A DNA stretch of 64,000 nt from an uncultured Bacteroidales bacterium (GTDB taxonomy: Bacteria; Bacteroidota; Bacteroidia; Bacteroidales; UBA932). The stretch is taken from positions 13,179 through 77,178 of the forward strand of contig CAMBRR010000001.1 in the NCBI GenBank assembly GCA_945870315.1. Direction: 5' to 3'. The notes under the pieces are model-generated. The model searched no databases, was not told the origin of the DNA, and saw nothing but the letters and a program-made list of their open reading frames with translations. Each line of letters starts with the position of its first letter. Positions within the stretch are counted from its first letter, which is position 1. A program made the position numbers and the translations under genes. Below are positions 22,471-31,605 of this stretch, piece by piece.

Positions 22471-22521
22471 TATAGGTGCTGATTATAGGAAAATTTGAAA
22501 TAATTGTTACCTTTGCAAGTT

Positions 22522-23520
22522 ATGGCCAAAATAAGAGAATATATATTCAATGCAAGCACCCTCTCCTATGAGGAGGCGAAGGATTCGAAAATGTCGCATC
22601 TGTGGCGTTCGATAGGCCTTTTCATAGCCAGTATAGCTTGTTTTTGCCTTTATTTCTGGTTATATGCTTCCGTCCTGGGCCTTGAACTTCCCAAGACCTT
22701 GCTGCTGAAAAAGGAAAATGCCAGGTGGACTTCCAAGGTGGAAGTGATGAACCGTCAGTTGGACAATTATTCCGAAATCCTGACGGCTCTTCAGATGAGG
22801 GACGATGACATCTATCGTTCCATCTTCGGTATGAATGACATATCCCAGAGTGTTCGCGAGGCCGGTTTCGGTGGAGTCAACAGGTATGCAGCCCTGGAGG
22901 ATGATCCTGTCCTGAAAAATACGATGAGGCGTCTTGACAAACTCACCAAGAAGGCCTATGTCCAGAGCAAGTCTTTCGATGATGTCGCCCTCCTTTCAAA
23001 GCGTGCGGGGGATATGGCATCCTGCATTCCTGCAATCCCTCCTATCAATCCGGATCCGAAGAAATACAGGATATCAAGTACTTTTGGATACCGCTCAGAC
23101 CCGATTTCCCACCGGACGACCAAGCATAATGGAATCGATTTCGCGATGAAACCTGGAAATCCTGTATATACAACAGGTGACGGCGTCGTGGAGAGCGTAA
23201 AGTTCGAACTCTTTGGCTATGGAAATTCCATCATAATCGACCACGGCTTTGGTTACAAGACAAGATATGCCCATATGAAGTCCATCGTGGTGACTGAAGG
23301 AATGTCTCTCAAAAGGGGAGAGTGCATCGGCTATTCCGGCAATTCGGGCAAATCCACAGGAGCCCATCTCCACTATGAGGTCCTGTACAGGGGCAATGCC
23401 GTCAATCCGTATAATTATTTTGACCTGTCCATAACTCCTGAAGAGTATGCGACCATGGTTCAGATTACTCAGGCTGCATCTGAAAAGATAACCCTTCATC
23501 CTTCACACAAAAAAAGATAG
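22522..23520 (+). CDS. M23 (LytM-type) metallopeptidase, membrane-anchored with a coiled-coil linker
   Basis: Start at ATG 22522 (MAKIREYIFNAS, which aligns with the N-terminus of the downstream paralog). HNGIDF (HxxxD) and GAHLHYEV (HxH) zinc motifs. Confidence 0.88.
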   Translation: MAKIREYIFNASTLSYEEAKDSKMSHLWRSIGLFIASIACFCLYFWLYASVLGLELPKTLLLKKENARWTSKVEVMNRQLDNYSEILTALQMRDDDIYRSIFGMNDISQSVREAGFGGVNRYAALEDDPVLKNTMRRLDKLTKKAYVQSKSFDDVALLSKRAGDMASCIPAIPPINPDPKKYRISSTFGYRSDPISHRTTKHNGIDFAMKPGNPVYTTGDGVVESVKFELFGYGNSIIIDHGFGYKTRYAHMKSIVVTEGMSLKRGECIGYSGNSGKSTGAHLHYEVLYRGNAVNPYNYFDLSITPEEYATMVQITQAASEKITLHPSHKKR

Positions 23521-23531
23521 GAGAACTGGAA

Positions 23532-24482
23532 ATGGGCAACCGTTATATCTTTGACAAGGATAGTGCAAACTTCAGAAAGTCAAGAGTTTCGATAGGGAAG
23601 ATTCTTGGCAGGGCGTTGTTGTTCCTCATTGTTACCTTGTCCTTGTCCATCCTGTATTATGCCATCTTTGCCCTGTGTTTCAGCACTCAGACCGAGAGAA
23701 GGCTTGCTGCCGAGAACAGGATGTACTCCAAGATGGTTCCCCAGATGCAGGAAAAAGAAAGGCTGTTGTCGGATGTAGTTGAAAACCTTCAGTTGAGGGA
23801 CAATGGCATATATGAAGAAATTTTCCACACTGCGGCCCCGTCCCTTGATATGACTTCCTCGCTAGCCATCCTCAATAGTCTTGATTCCATACCGGATGAC
23901 CAGATAGTCAAATATTCTGAAAAGAAACTTAAGAAGATGTCTTCCTCAGCCGATAGGGTAGAGGAAAATTTTGCAGCCGTATTCGAATCAATATCAAAAA
24001 ATGGCAAGCCGGCCATCCCTATGACCAATCCTCTTTCAGACTTTTCCTTCGCGCGGACAGGCGCTTCGGTCTCGGACAAGATAAACCCTTTTTATAAGGT
24101 TCCGATGAAGCATAACGGTCTGGATATGATTGCCCATACCGGTGAACCTGTATATGCAGCTGCCGATGGTGTGGTTGAGGATGTGACACGCTCACGCAAG
24201 GGATTGGGCAATGTCGTTACGATTCTCCATCAGGATGGGTACCGTACCAGGTATGCGCACCTTTCGGATATTTCAGTCGTCAAGGGGCGTCAGGTCTTCA
24301 GAGGTAGTAAGATAGGATGTGTGGGCGTTTCCGGCAATTCCTTTGCCCCGCACCTGCATTATGAAGTACTCAGGGACAGCCTTGTTCTGGATCCCATAAA
24401 CTATATGTTCGCTTCGGTGAATCCTGATGAATACCTGAAGATGATGATATTGTCGGTAAATACCGGCCAGTCAATGGATTAA
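23532..24482 (+). CDS. M23 (LytM-type) metallopeptidase, paralog of the preceding gene
   Basis: 316 aa. One TM helix, then HNGLDM and APHLHYEV zinc motifs. Confidence 0.88.
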   Translation: MGNRYIFDKDSANFRKSRVSIGKILGRALLFLIVTLSLSILYYAIFALCFSTQTERRLAAENRMYSKMVPQMQEKERLLSDVVENLQLRDNGIYEEIFHTAAPSLDMTSSLAILNSLDSIPDDQIVKYSEKKLKKMSSSADRVEENFAAVFESISKNGKPAIPMTNPLSDFSFARTGASVSDKINPFYKVPMKHNGLDMIAHTGEPVYAAADGVVEDVTRSRKGLGNVVTILHQDGYRTRYAHLSDISVVKGRQVFRGSKIGCVGVSGNSFAPHLHYEVLRDSLVLDPINYMFASVNPDEYLKMMILSVNTGQSMD

Positions 24483-24496
24483 GTAGAATTGAAGAT

Positions 24497-24817
24497 ATGG
24501 AAGGAAAGTTTCTGTACAAAATCGGTGAAGTCGCTGATATTCTTGGGGAAAGCGTGTCGCTGGTCCGCTTCTGGGCCAATGAATTCTCCGCTTTCATCCA
24601 TCCTCAAAGGAACGCCAAAGGAAATAGATTGTTCACTTCTGAGGACCTTCAGACGATGAAAACCATCCATTTCCTGGTAAAGAACCAGGGCCTGACGCTT
24701 GAGGGGGCTGCCAGGAAACTGAAGGCAGACAGAAAGAAAACACCTTCCAGGATGAAGGTGGTGGAGGCACTTGAGGAAATCCGGGAGCAGTTGCTGGAGA
24801 TAAGGTCTTCGCTTTAG
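24497..24817 (+). CDS. Short MerR-family HTH transcriptional regulator (no effector domain)
   Basis: 106 aa. YKIGEVADILGESVSLVRFWANEF, then NRLFTSEDLQTMKTIHFLV, the MerR winged-HTH pattern, and a C-terminal coiled coil only. Confidence 0.85.
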   Translation: MEGKFLYKIGEVADILGESVSLVRFWANEFSAFIHPQRNAKGNRLFTSEDLQTMKTIHFLVKNQGLTLEGAARKLKADRKKTPSRMKVVEALEEIREQLLEIRSSL

Positions 24818-24847
24818 GTCATTGTTTATACCTTATATATATTATAT

Positions 24848-25624
24848 ATGACAGTAAGAGAAATAACTGACGTTATAGAGCAGTTCGCTCCTTTGGATTC
24901 TCAGGAAAAGTGGGATAACTGCGGTTTGTGTACGGGCTCTTTGTCTTCCCATGTGAACGGAGTCCTTATCGGGTTTGACTGCACAGAAGCCTTGGTGGAT
25001 GAGGCAATCTCCTGCGGGGCAAATCTTATCATAACTCATCATCCGCTCATTTTCAATCCTTTGAAAAGAATATCTCCCGAGGATTCTCTGGGCAGGACCT
25101 TGATAAAGGCTCTGTCTTTCGGCATCAGCATCTATGCTGCCCATACTACGGCTGACAAGGCTGTCGGTGGCGTTAGCTATGCGATGGCTTCGCGTCTCGG
25201 TCTGGAAGATGTTGAAATTCTGGATCCTGAAACTCCGGGATGCGGACTGGGCGTGGTGGGTAATCTGCCCGGACAGTTTTCATATGAGCAGATTATATCC
25301 TATGTAAAGGAAAGATTCGGCCTGAAACTGATCCGTTGCTCAAGAGACCCGCAAGTGCCGATAAGCAGGGTGGCGATGTGTGGTGGCGCCGGTTCTTCCC
25401 TTCTCGGCAAGGCCATCCAAGCCGAGGCCCAACTTTTCATCACGGGGGATGTGTCTTATCACAATTTCTTCGCTCCTGATGGGTTTATGGTTATGGATAT
25501 CGGTCATTATGAGAGTGAAAAGGATATAGTTGATATTTTATTTTCATTGTTAAAGAAAAATTTTCCTACCTTTGCAGTCCGCTTGTCGGACAACGCGGAT
25601 GCCAACCCGGTCCGCTATTTCTAA
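24848..25624 (+). CDS. Nif3-family dinuclear metal centre protein (GTP cyclohydrolase I type 2 homolog)
   Basis: 258 aa. WDNCGL, ITHHPLIF and GHYESE motifs. Confidence 0.9.
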   Translation: MTVREITDVIEQFAPLDSQEKWDNCGLCTGSLSSHVNGVLIGFDCTEALVDEAISCGANLIITHHPLIFNPLKRISPEDSLGRTLIKALSFGISIYAAHTTADKAVGGVSYAMASRLGLEDVEILDPETPGCGLGVVGNLPGQFSYEQIISYVKERFGLKLIRCSRDPQVPISRVAMCGGAGSSLLGKAIQAEAQLFITGDVSYHNFFAPDGFMVMDIGHYESEKDIVDILFSLLKKNFPTFAVRLSDNADANPVRYF

Positions 25625-25657
25625 GATTAATATTTTACGCATTTATATTTAGGAAAA

Positions 25658-26467
25658 ATGGCTAAAAAGACTAAAAAAATCGAAACGCCTATTGACCAGC
25701 GCGAGACCTTCGTCTCCATTCAGAAGAGTTTCGCTGATTCAGACCTGAGCGTGGCAGAGAAACTCAAGACCCTCTATGCTCTTCAGCAGGCTGATACTGA
25801 GATAGACAAGATCCTCCAGCTCAGGGGTGAGCTTCCTCTGGAGGTTGAGCATCTTGAGACTGAGATTGCCGAACTCAAGGCCAAGGTGGCCCGTATCAAT
25901 GAGCAGATTGAACAGGCAAATGCTGACATTGCCGAGAATAAGCACAATGCATCGGAGAGTGAGGCTCAGATTGAAAAATACAAATCGCAGCTCGACAACA
26001 TCGCAAACAGCAGGGAATATGATTCTCTCAACAAGGAAATCGAGAACCAGGACCTTCTAAAGCAGATTGCCGAGAAGAACATCGGCGAGGCCAAGGAATT
26101 CATCGCTGAAAAGAAGAGGGATTTGGAGGTAGTCAAGGAGAAGATTTCCGTAAGGCAGGATGACCTCAAGGTGAAGAAGGAAGAACTCTCAACCATCGTT
26201 GAGTCCACTGCAAAGGAGGAAGAGAAACTCCGTGCACAGAGGGATGCCTGTGCAGCCAAAATTGATGCCAGGACTATGAGTGCATACGAGAGAATCCGCC
26301 AGAGCTGCAACAATCATCTTGCAGTGGTATCCGTGTTCAACGGTGACTCTTGTGGAGGCTGCTTCAATACCATCGCTCCTCAGAGGCTCATTGACATCGC
26401 TTCCAACAAGAAGATGATTATCTGCGAGTATTGCGGAAGAATCCTTGTCAATCCGGATTTCGAATAA
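25658..26467 (+). CDS. Coiled-coil protein with a C-terminal C4 zinc ribbon (COG1579/DUF164-like, usual Nif3 neighbour)
   Basis: 269 aa. Long heptad-rich region, ending CGGCFNTIAPQ...CEYCGRIL. Confidence 0.8.
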   Translation: MAKKTKKIETPIDQRETFVSIQKSFADSDLSVAEKLKTLYALQQADTEIDKILQLRGELPLEVEHLETEIAELKAKVARINEQIEQANADIAENKHNASESEAQIEKYKSQLDNIANSREYDSLNKEIENQDLLKQIAEKNIGEAKEFIAEKKRDLEVVKEKISVRQDDLKVKKEELSTIVESTAKEEEKLRAQRDACAAKIDARTMSAYERIRQSCNNHLAVVSVFNGDSCGGCFNTIAPQRLIDIASNKKMIICEYCGRILVNPDFE

Positions 26468-26470
26468 TCT

Positions 26471-27973
26471 ATGGCTGATACTGTCAAGAAACGACAGGCT
26501 GGCGCCGGTCGCAGTTCAGTCAATCTGGATACATTAGGGCTTGAGGTGGGGAATAAGCCGCCTCAAGCTCTTGATGTCGAAGAGGCTGTCCTCGGTGCGT
26601 TGCTGATTGAACCGAACTGCGTTGATGATACCATCGATGAACTTACACCGAATTGTTTCTATGGTGAGAAGCATCGGATGGTTTTCGAGGCAATGAGGCA
26701 GCTGGTCAATGAGCATATGCCATTGGACATCCTTGCAGTTTCAGAGAAACTGAGGTCCAACGGCAACTTGGATGCAGTTGGTGGCTCGTTGTTCCTTGTG
26801 CAGTTGTCCCAGAAAATCGGAGCTGCAGCGCATATTGAATTCTATGTCAGGATTCTAAAGCAGAAATGTATTCAGAGAGAGCTCATTACAGCGTCTTATG
26901 AAATCCTGAAGTCATCCTACGATGAGGCTACAAATGTGGATTCCCTCATCGATATGGCCCAGTCAAAAGTTTATGCAGCCATCCAGAACAGCGTCAAAAA
27001 GGATGTTGAGGAAATCGGAAAAGTCATCAATGATGCGATGGCAGATCTGCAGAGGCTTCAGAAGACAAAGGGCGGATTGAGTGGAGTGCCTTCCGGTTTC
27101 AGAACCCTGGATTCCGTTACAATGGGTTGGCAACCGTCCGACCTTATTATTCTGGCGGCACGTCCTTCGGTAGGTAAGACCGCTTTCGTCCTTAATGTCG
27201 CCAGGAATGCTGCGGTGATGGCAAAGATGCCGGTAGCCTTCTTCTCTCTTGAGATGCCTGCAATCCAGCTTGCGAAACGAATGATGGTTTCCGAAACAGG
27301 GATGAGCGCAGACAAAATCAAAGGTGGTGTCGAGTTGGCCGGCCACGAGTGGGTTCAACTTGAAACCCAACTTCGCGATCTGTCCAAGGCTCCCCTCTAC
27401 ATCGACGACACTCCATCTTTGCCTGTGATGGAATTCCGTTCCAAGGTCAAGAGACTTGTCAATCAGAAGGGTGTGCGTCTTGTAATAGTCGATTACCTTC
27501 AGCTTATGCAAGGTCCTTCAGAACTCAGGGGAATGCGTGAGCAGGAAGTTGCCGCCATCTCAAGGACTCTGAAGGCGACAGCCAAGGAATGTAATGTCCC
27601 TATTATTGCTCTTTCCCAGTTGTCCCGGCAGTCAGAAACACGTTCAGGTGGCAATGGCCGTCCTCAGTTGAGCGACCTTAGGGAGTCTGGTTCAATCGAA
27701 CAGGATGCCGATATCGTGATCTTCCTTCATCGTGCTGACTATCAGGGACTTAATGCAGATCCAAATGATATCGGAAAGACTACTCTCATCATAGCCAAGC
27801 ACCGTAACGGTTCCATCGGTGATATCGAAATGCGTTTCCGTGCAAATGAAGTTCGCTTCGTGGATCCTGCAGACAGCACACTTTCGCAGGCTCAGGATAT
27901 GCAATCCGGTCGGTATGAGTCCAATATGAATTCATCCAGTGACGACAGTTTCGACAATACCAATTTCGGATGA
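26471..27973 (+). CDS. dnaB: Replicative DNA helicase
   Basis: 500 aa. PPQALDVEEAVLGALL N-terminal domain, Walker A ARPSVGKTAF, then SLEM, IVDYLQLM and LRESGSIEQDADIV. Confidence 0.96.
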   Translation: MADTVKKRQAGAGRSSVNLDTLGLEVGNKPPQALDVEEAVLGALLIEPNCVDDTIDELTPNCFYGEKHRMVFEAMRQLVNEHMPLDILAVSEKLRSNGNLDAVGGSLFLVQLSQKIGAAAHIEFYVRILKQKCIQRELITASYEILKSSYDEATNVDSLIDMAQSKVYAAIQNSVKKDVEEIGKVINDAMADLQRLQKTKGGLSGVPSGFRTLDSVTMGWQPSDLIILAARPSVGKTAFVLNVARNAAVMAKMPVAFFSLEMPAIQLAKRMMVSETGMSADKIKGGVELAGHEWVQLETQLRDLSKAPLYIDDTPSLPVMEFRSKVKRLVNQKGVRLVIVDYLQLMQGPSELRGMREQEVAAISRTLKATAKECNVPIIALSQLSRQSETRSGGNGRPQLSDLRESGSIEQDADIVIFLHRADYQGLNADPNDIGKTTLIIAKHRNGSIGDIEMRFRANEVRFVDPADSTLSQAQDMQSGRYESNMNSSSDDSFDNTNFG

Positions 27974-28839
27974 TTTTCCAGATGAATTACCATAGAATTA
28001 TAATGCTTGTCCTGTTTGCCGGTTTGCTTTCTACAGCGATGCCGGCACAGGACAAGCAGACTTTTTGTGTCCCTGTAAAGACTCTTGAAAGGGATTCGCT
28101 GGCCTTCGAAGCCGGTGAGAGGATGTCCTTTACTCTCAATTACCAGTGGGGCGCTCTTGATTCTGATGTCGGAACGGCTACGGTAAAGCTTGAGCATACC
28201 GTATTCAACGGCCAGGATGCTTTTTTGTGCAAGGTATATGGTGCTACGACCTGGCTGTTCGATCGCATTTTCAAGGTGAGGGAGGATTTCAGGTCTTGGT
28301 TTTCAACAGATGGACTCAGGCCGTTGAAGTTTACGCGGGATACCCACGAGGGTAAATATGCCGCACGCAATACCTATCTCTATCAATGGGATGATACCGA
28401 GCCTCATATTGATGCGGATGTCTATTCAACAAGCAGCGGGGAGCGTTCCGTCACCATACCTCTTACCAAATGCACCTTCGACCTTCCAGCCTTGTTCTTT
28501 TTTGCCCGCAATATGGATTTTGACAAGGTGGAACCGGGAGTTAAATATCCGATGACCTTCGCCATTGACGATGATGTTTATAATGTACATTTCATTATGT
28601 ATGACAGGCAGACAGTCAAGGTCAAGGGATTGGGAACCGTCAACACAGTGCGTTTCGGCGCGCGTCTGCTTGCTGGAGAAGTGTTCAAAGGAGATCAGGA
28701 TATGACAATATGGATTTCAGATGACCTTAACAGGCTTCCTGTGCTGTTCGAAGCTCCTTTGATTGTGGGGAAGGCTTCCGGTCGAATGACATCCGTCAGT
28801 GGCCTGAAGCATCCGTTTTCATCATTAGTTAAAAAATAA
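27970..28839 (+). CDS. DUF3108-like secreted/outer-membrane-associated protein
   Basis: 289 aa. Signal peptide and a beta-rich sequence with the family-like pattern GERMSFTLNYQWG...WISDDLNRLPV. ATGA overlap with the dnaB stop. Confidence 0.65.
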   Translation: MIFQMNYHRIIMLVLFAGLLSTAMPAQDKQTFCVPVKTLERDSLAFEAGERMSFTLNYQWGALDSDVGTATVKLEHTVFNGQDAFLCKVYGATTWLFDRIFKVREDFRSWFSTDGLRPLKFTRDTHEGKYAARNTYLYQWDDTEPHIDADVYSTSSGERSVTIPLTKCTFDLPALFFFARNMDFDKVEPGVKYPMTFAIDDDVYNVHFIMYDRQTVKVKGLGTVNTVRFGARLLAGEVFKGDQDMTIWISDDLNRLPVLFEAPLIVGKASGRMTSVSGLKHPFSSLVKK

Positions 28840-28843
28840 GACA

Positions 28844-29272
28844 ATGGCCAGAAAAAAAGAAGAAATAGTACACGAGGGAGAAATTGTTGAAATCAACAAG
28901 GACTTCACGACTGTCCGCCTCACTGTCAGTTCGGCTTGTTCCAGCTGCCACGCTAAAGGGATGTGTGGGATGTCTGAGGAGCAGGACAAGGTCCTGATGC
29001 TTCCGACAGACCCTTATACCGTTTATTCGGAAGGCGAGAAAGTCGAGGTCTGCACGAAAAAATCAATGGGTTTGAAGGCTGTGTGGATATCTTATGTAAT
29101 TCCTTTGGCGATTTTATTAATTTTAATATTATCTTTGTCCCCCGTTATCGGTAACGAAGCACTCAGGGGCTTGATTTCGATAGCTGGAGTCGGACTCTAT
29201 TACTTGGTGATTTGGCTTTTCAGAGACAGATTATCAAATGAGTTCGTGTTTTATATCCGAAAAATTCAATAA
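28844..29272 (+). CDS. RseC/MucC-family (SoxR-reducing system) small membrane protein preceding rnf
   Basis: 142 aa. GEIVEINKDFTTVRLTVSSACSSCHAKGMCG, followed by two TM helices. Confidence 0.8.
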   Translation: MARKKEEIVHEGEIVEINKDFTTVRLTVSSACSSCHAKGMCGMSEEQDKVLMLPTDPYTVYSEGEKVEVCTKKSMGLKAVWISYVIPLAILLILILSLSPVIGNEALRGLISIAGVGLYYLVIWLFRDRLSNEFVFYIRKIQ

Positions 29273-29292
29273 CATAATAAAGGTATCAACCT

Positions 29293-30207
29293 ATGACACA
29301 AACAATCATTTGGACTATTGCAATAATCACCATCCTTGGTGCTGTCCTTGCTGTAGTACTCTTCCTTGTTGCTAAAAAATTCAAGGTGGAAGAAGATCCG
29401 AGGATAGACCAGGTGGAAAAAGTATTGCCAGGTGCGAACTGTGGCGGTTGTGGCCAGGCCGGCTGTCACGCATTTGCACAACATTGTGTTGAGTCTCCTG
29501 ACCTCGGAGCTTGTTTCTGCCCGGTCGGGGGTAATGACGTGATGCAGAAAGTTGCCGATGTGCTCGGCCTCAAAGTGGAAGCCAAGGATCCTATGGTGGC
29601 GGTTGTCCGTTGCAATGGAACTTGCGAGAACAGGCCTCGTACATCAGAATATGGCGGATATGCATCCTGTCGTGTAAAGGCTTCCCTCTATAGCGGGGAT
29701 ACCGGATGTTCCTTCGGCTGTCTCGGCTGTGGAGATTGCGTTTCTGCCTGCTCGTTCGGGGCTCTTTCAATGGACCCTCAGACTGGTCTTCCAGTTGTGG
29801 ATCAAGACAAATGTACGGCTTGTGGCGCCTGCGTGAAGGCTTGCCCTAAGAATGTGATTGAGTTAAGGAAGAAGGGCAGAAAGGATATGCGTGTCTTCGT
29901 GAGCTGTATCAACAAGGATAAGGGTGCTGTTGCCCGCAAGGCCTGCAAGGCAGCCTGCATCGGTTGTGGCAAATGTGCGAAAGTCTGTCCTTTCGAGGCT
30001 ATCACAGTGGAGAATAACCTTGCATACATTGATTTCAATAAGTGCAAGCTGTGCAAGAAATGCGTTGCAGAGTGCCCTACCGGAGCAATCCATGCGGTCA
30101 ATTTCCCTGTAATCCCGCCGAAACCTGCAGCCCCTGCCCCTAAGCCGGCAGTAGCCCCTGCAGCCCCAGAAGCCCCGGCAGCAGAACCAGTAAAGAAGGA
30201 GGAGTAG
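29293..30207 (+). CDS. rnfB: Rnf electron transport complex subunit B (polyferredoxin) with a Pro/Ala-rich tail
   Basis: 304 aa. N-terminal TM helix, CGGCGQAGC, several CxxCxxCxxxCP clusters, and the tail PPKPAAPAPKPAVAPAAPEAPAAEP. Confidence 0.9.
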   Translation: MTQTIIWTIAIITILGAVLAVVLFLVAKKFKVEEDPRIDQVEKVLPGANCGGCGQAGCHAFAQHCVESPDLGACFCPVGGNDVMQKVADVLGLKVEAKDPMVAVVRCNGTCENRPRTSEYGGYASCRVKASLYSGDTGCSFGCLGCGDCVSACSFGALSMDPQTGLPVVDQDKCTACGACVKACPKNVIELRKKGRKDMRVFVSCINKDKGAVARKACKAACIGCGKCAKVCPFEAITVENNLAYIDFNKCKLCKKCVAECPTGAIHAVNFPVIPPKPAAPAPKPAVAPAAPEAPAAEPVKKEE

Positions 30208-30211
30208 AACT

Positions 30212-31582
30212 ATGAAGACAACATTTTCAATAGGTGGTATCCACCCGAACGACAGCAAAATTTCAAAAGACTGCAAGATTGAGGTCCTTCCGCTTCCTGA
30301 GGTTGTGTATGTTTCTATGGCACAGCACCTCGGAGCCCCTGCAACTCCTGTTGTCAAGCCTGGCGACACTGTCAAGACCGGTCAGGTTATTGCAGAACCG
30401 GCAGGTTTCATCTCAGCTTTCGTACACTCTCCGGTTACGGGAACTGTCAAATCCGTAGGACCTCGCAAAGATCTGGCAGGCAACAATGTGACACACGTGG
30501 AAATCAGCGTCGAGCCTGACCAGTGGGCTGAAGGTATAGATACATCAGATACCCTTGTCGTTGAGATTCCTCAGGACAATAAGTTCATTCTCGACCGCAT
30601 CAAGGCCTGTGGCGTTGTCGGACTGGGAGGCGCAACCTTCCCGACTCACGTGAAACTTTGTCCTCCTCCGGGAAAGAAGGCTGACTGCCTCATTCTCAAT
30701 GGAGCCGAATGTGAACCATATCTTACTTCCGACTACAGGATAATGCTTGAACGCAGCAAGGAAATAATTGTCGGCGCGGCCATTATGAAGCAGGTTCTCG
30801 GCGGTTGCAGAACTGTCATCGGTATCGAGGAGAACAAGCCGGAAGCCATAAAGGTTATGAGTGAGTCTTTGGCAGAACTTCAGAAGACAGCCAAAGGATT
30901 CGACGGTATCCAGGTGATGTCCCTCAAGAAAAAATACCCGCAGGGTGGAGAGAAGCAGCTCATAGACGCAGTTATGAAACGTCAGGTCAAGTCTATGGGA
31001 CTTCCGATTGATGTTGGAGCCGTTGTGCAGAACGTGGCTACGTCACTTGCCGTATATGAGGCTGTTCAAAAGAACAAACCATTGATTACCAATGTGATGA
31101 CCATTACAGGAGATTGCCTCCCGATGGAACGTCAGCACAACTACCTCTTCCGCATCGGCATGCCTCTTTCCTATATCGCTCAGGTTGCTGGCGGTGTTCC
31201 TGAGTCTGCTGCGAAGATTGTCAGCGGAGGACCTATGATGGGCAAGGCCATCTCAAATATGGATGCCTGCACTGTAAAAGGCTCATCTTCACTGCTTTAC
31301 TTCACTGACGAGCAGACAAGACGCAAGGAAGCCTCAGCCTGCATCAGGTGCGGTAAATGTGCCGATGCCTGTCCGATGGGACTTGAGCCTTTCCTCCTGA
31401 ACAAATATGCCCGCAACGGTATGATGGAAGAACTGGAGGAAAATGCTATCCAGGATTGTATTGAGTGCGGATGCTGCCTCTACAGCTGTCCTGCAAACAT
31501 TCCTTTGCTGGATGTCATCCGCATCGCAAAGGGTGATGTCATCCGCATAATCAGGGGCCGTGCAGCCGCTGCCAAGAAGTAA
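30212..31582 (+). CDS. rnfC: Rnf complex subunit C
   Basis: 456 aa. GLGGATFPTHVK, NGAECEPYLTSD, and two 4Fe-4S motifs CIRCGKCADACP / CIECGCCLYSCP. Confidence 0.93.
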   Translation: MKTTFSIGGIHPNDSKISKDCKIEVLPLPEVVYVSMAQHLGAPATPVVKPGDTVKTGQVIAEPAGFISAFVHSPVTGTVKSVGPRKDLAGNNVTHVEISVEPDQWAEGIDTSDTLVVEIPQDNKFILDRIKACGVVGLGGATFPTHVKLCPPPGKKADCLILNGAECEPYLTSDYRIMLERSKEIIVGAAIMKQVLGGCRTVIGIEENKPEAIKVMSESLAELQKTAKGFDGIQVMSLKKKYPQGGEKQLIDAVMKRQVKSMGLPIDVGAVVQNVATSLAVYEAVQKNKPLITNVMTITGDCLPMERQHNYLFRIGMPLSYIAQVAGGVPESAAKIVSGGPMMGKAISNMDACTVKGSSSLLYFTDEQTRRKEASACIRCGKCADACPMGLEPFLLNKYARNGMMEELEENAIQDCIECGCCLYSCPANIPLLDVIRIAKGDVIRIIRGRAAAAKK

Positions 31583-31605
31583 TACAAACGAAAAATCTTA
31601 AGCAA

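Noticed and set aside
22387-22521. T-box or other known riboswitch leaders upstream of alaS, serS (42298-42324) or ilvA (16559-16646).
   Set aside because: The leaders are far too short (27-135 nt) for T-boxes, which are not a Bacteroidota feature. No specifier/terminator architecture is visible. Only the palindromes reported above stand out.
29293-30207. The Pro/Ala-rich C-terminal tail of RnfB (PPKPAAPAPKPAVAPAAPEAPAAEP), and the long antisense ORFs across it (29802-30101 and 29863-30375, minus strand), as possible separate features.
   Set aside because: The tail is a simple low-complexity linker-like extension in frame with rnfB and ends 4 nt before rnfC. The antisense ORFs are by-products of the GC-rich Pro/Ala codons. 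I see nothing that needs a separate feature.
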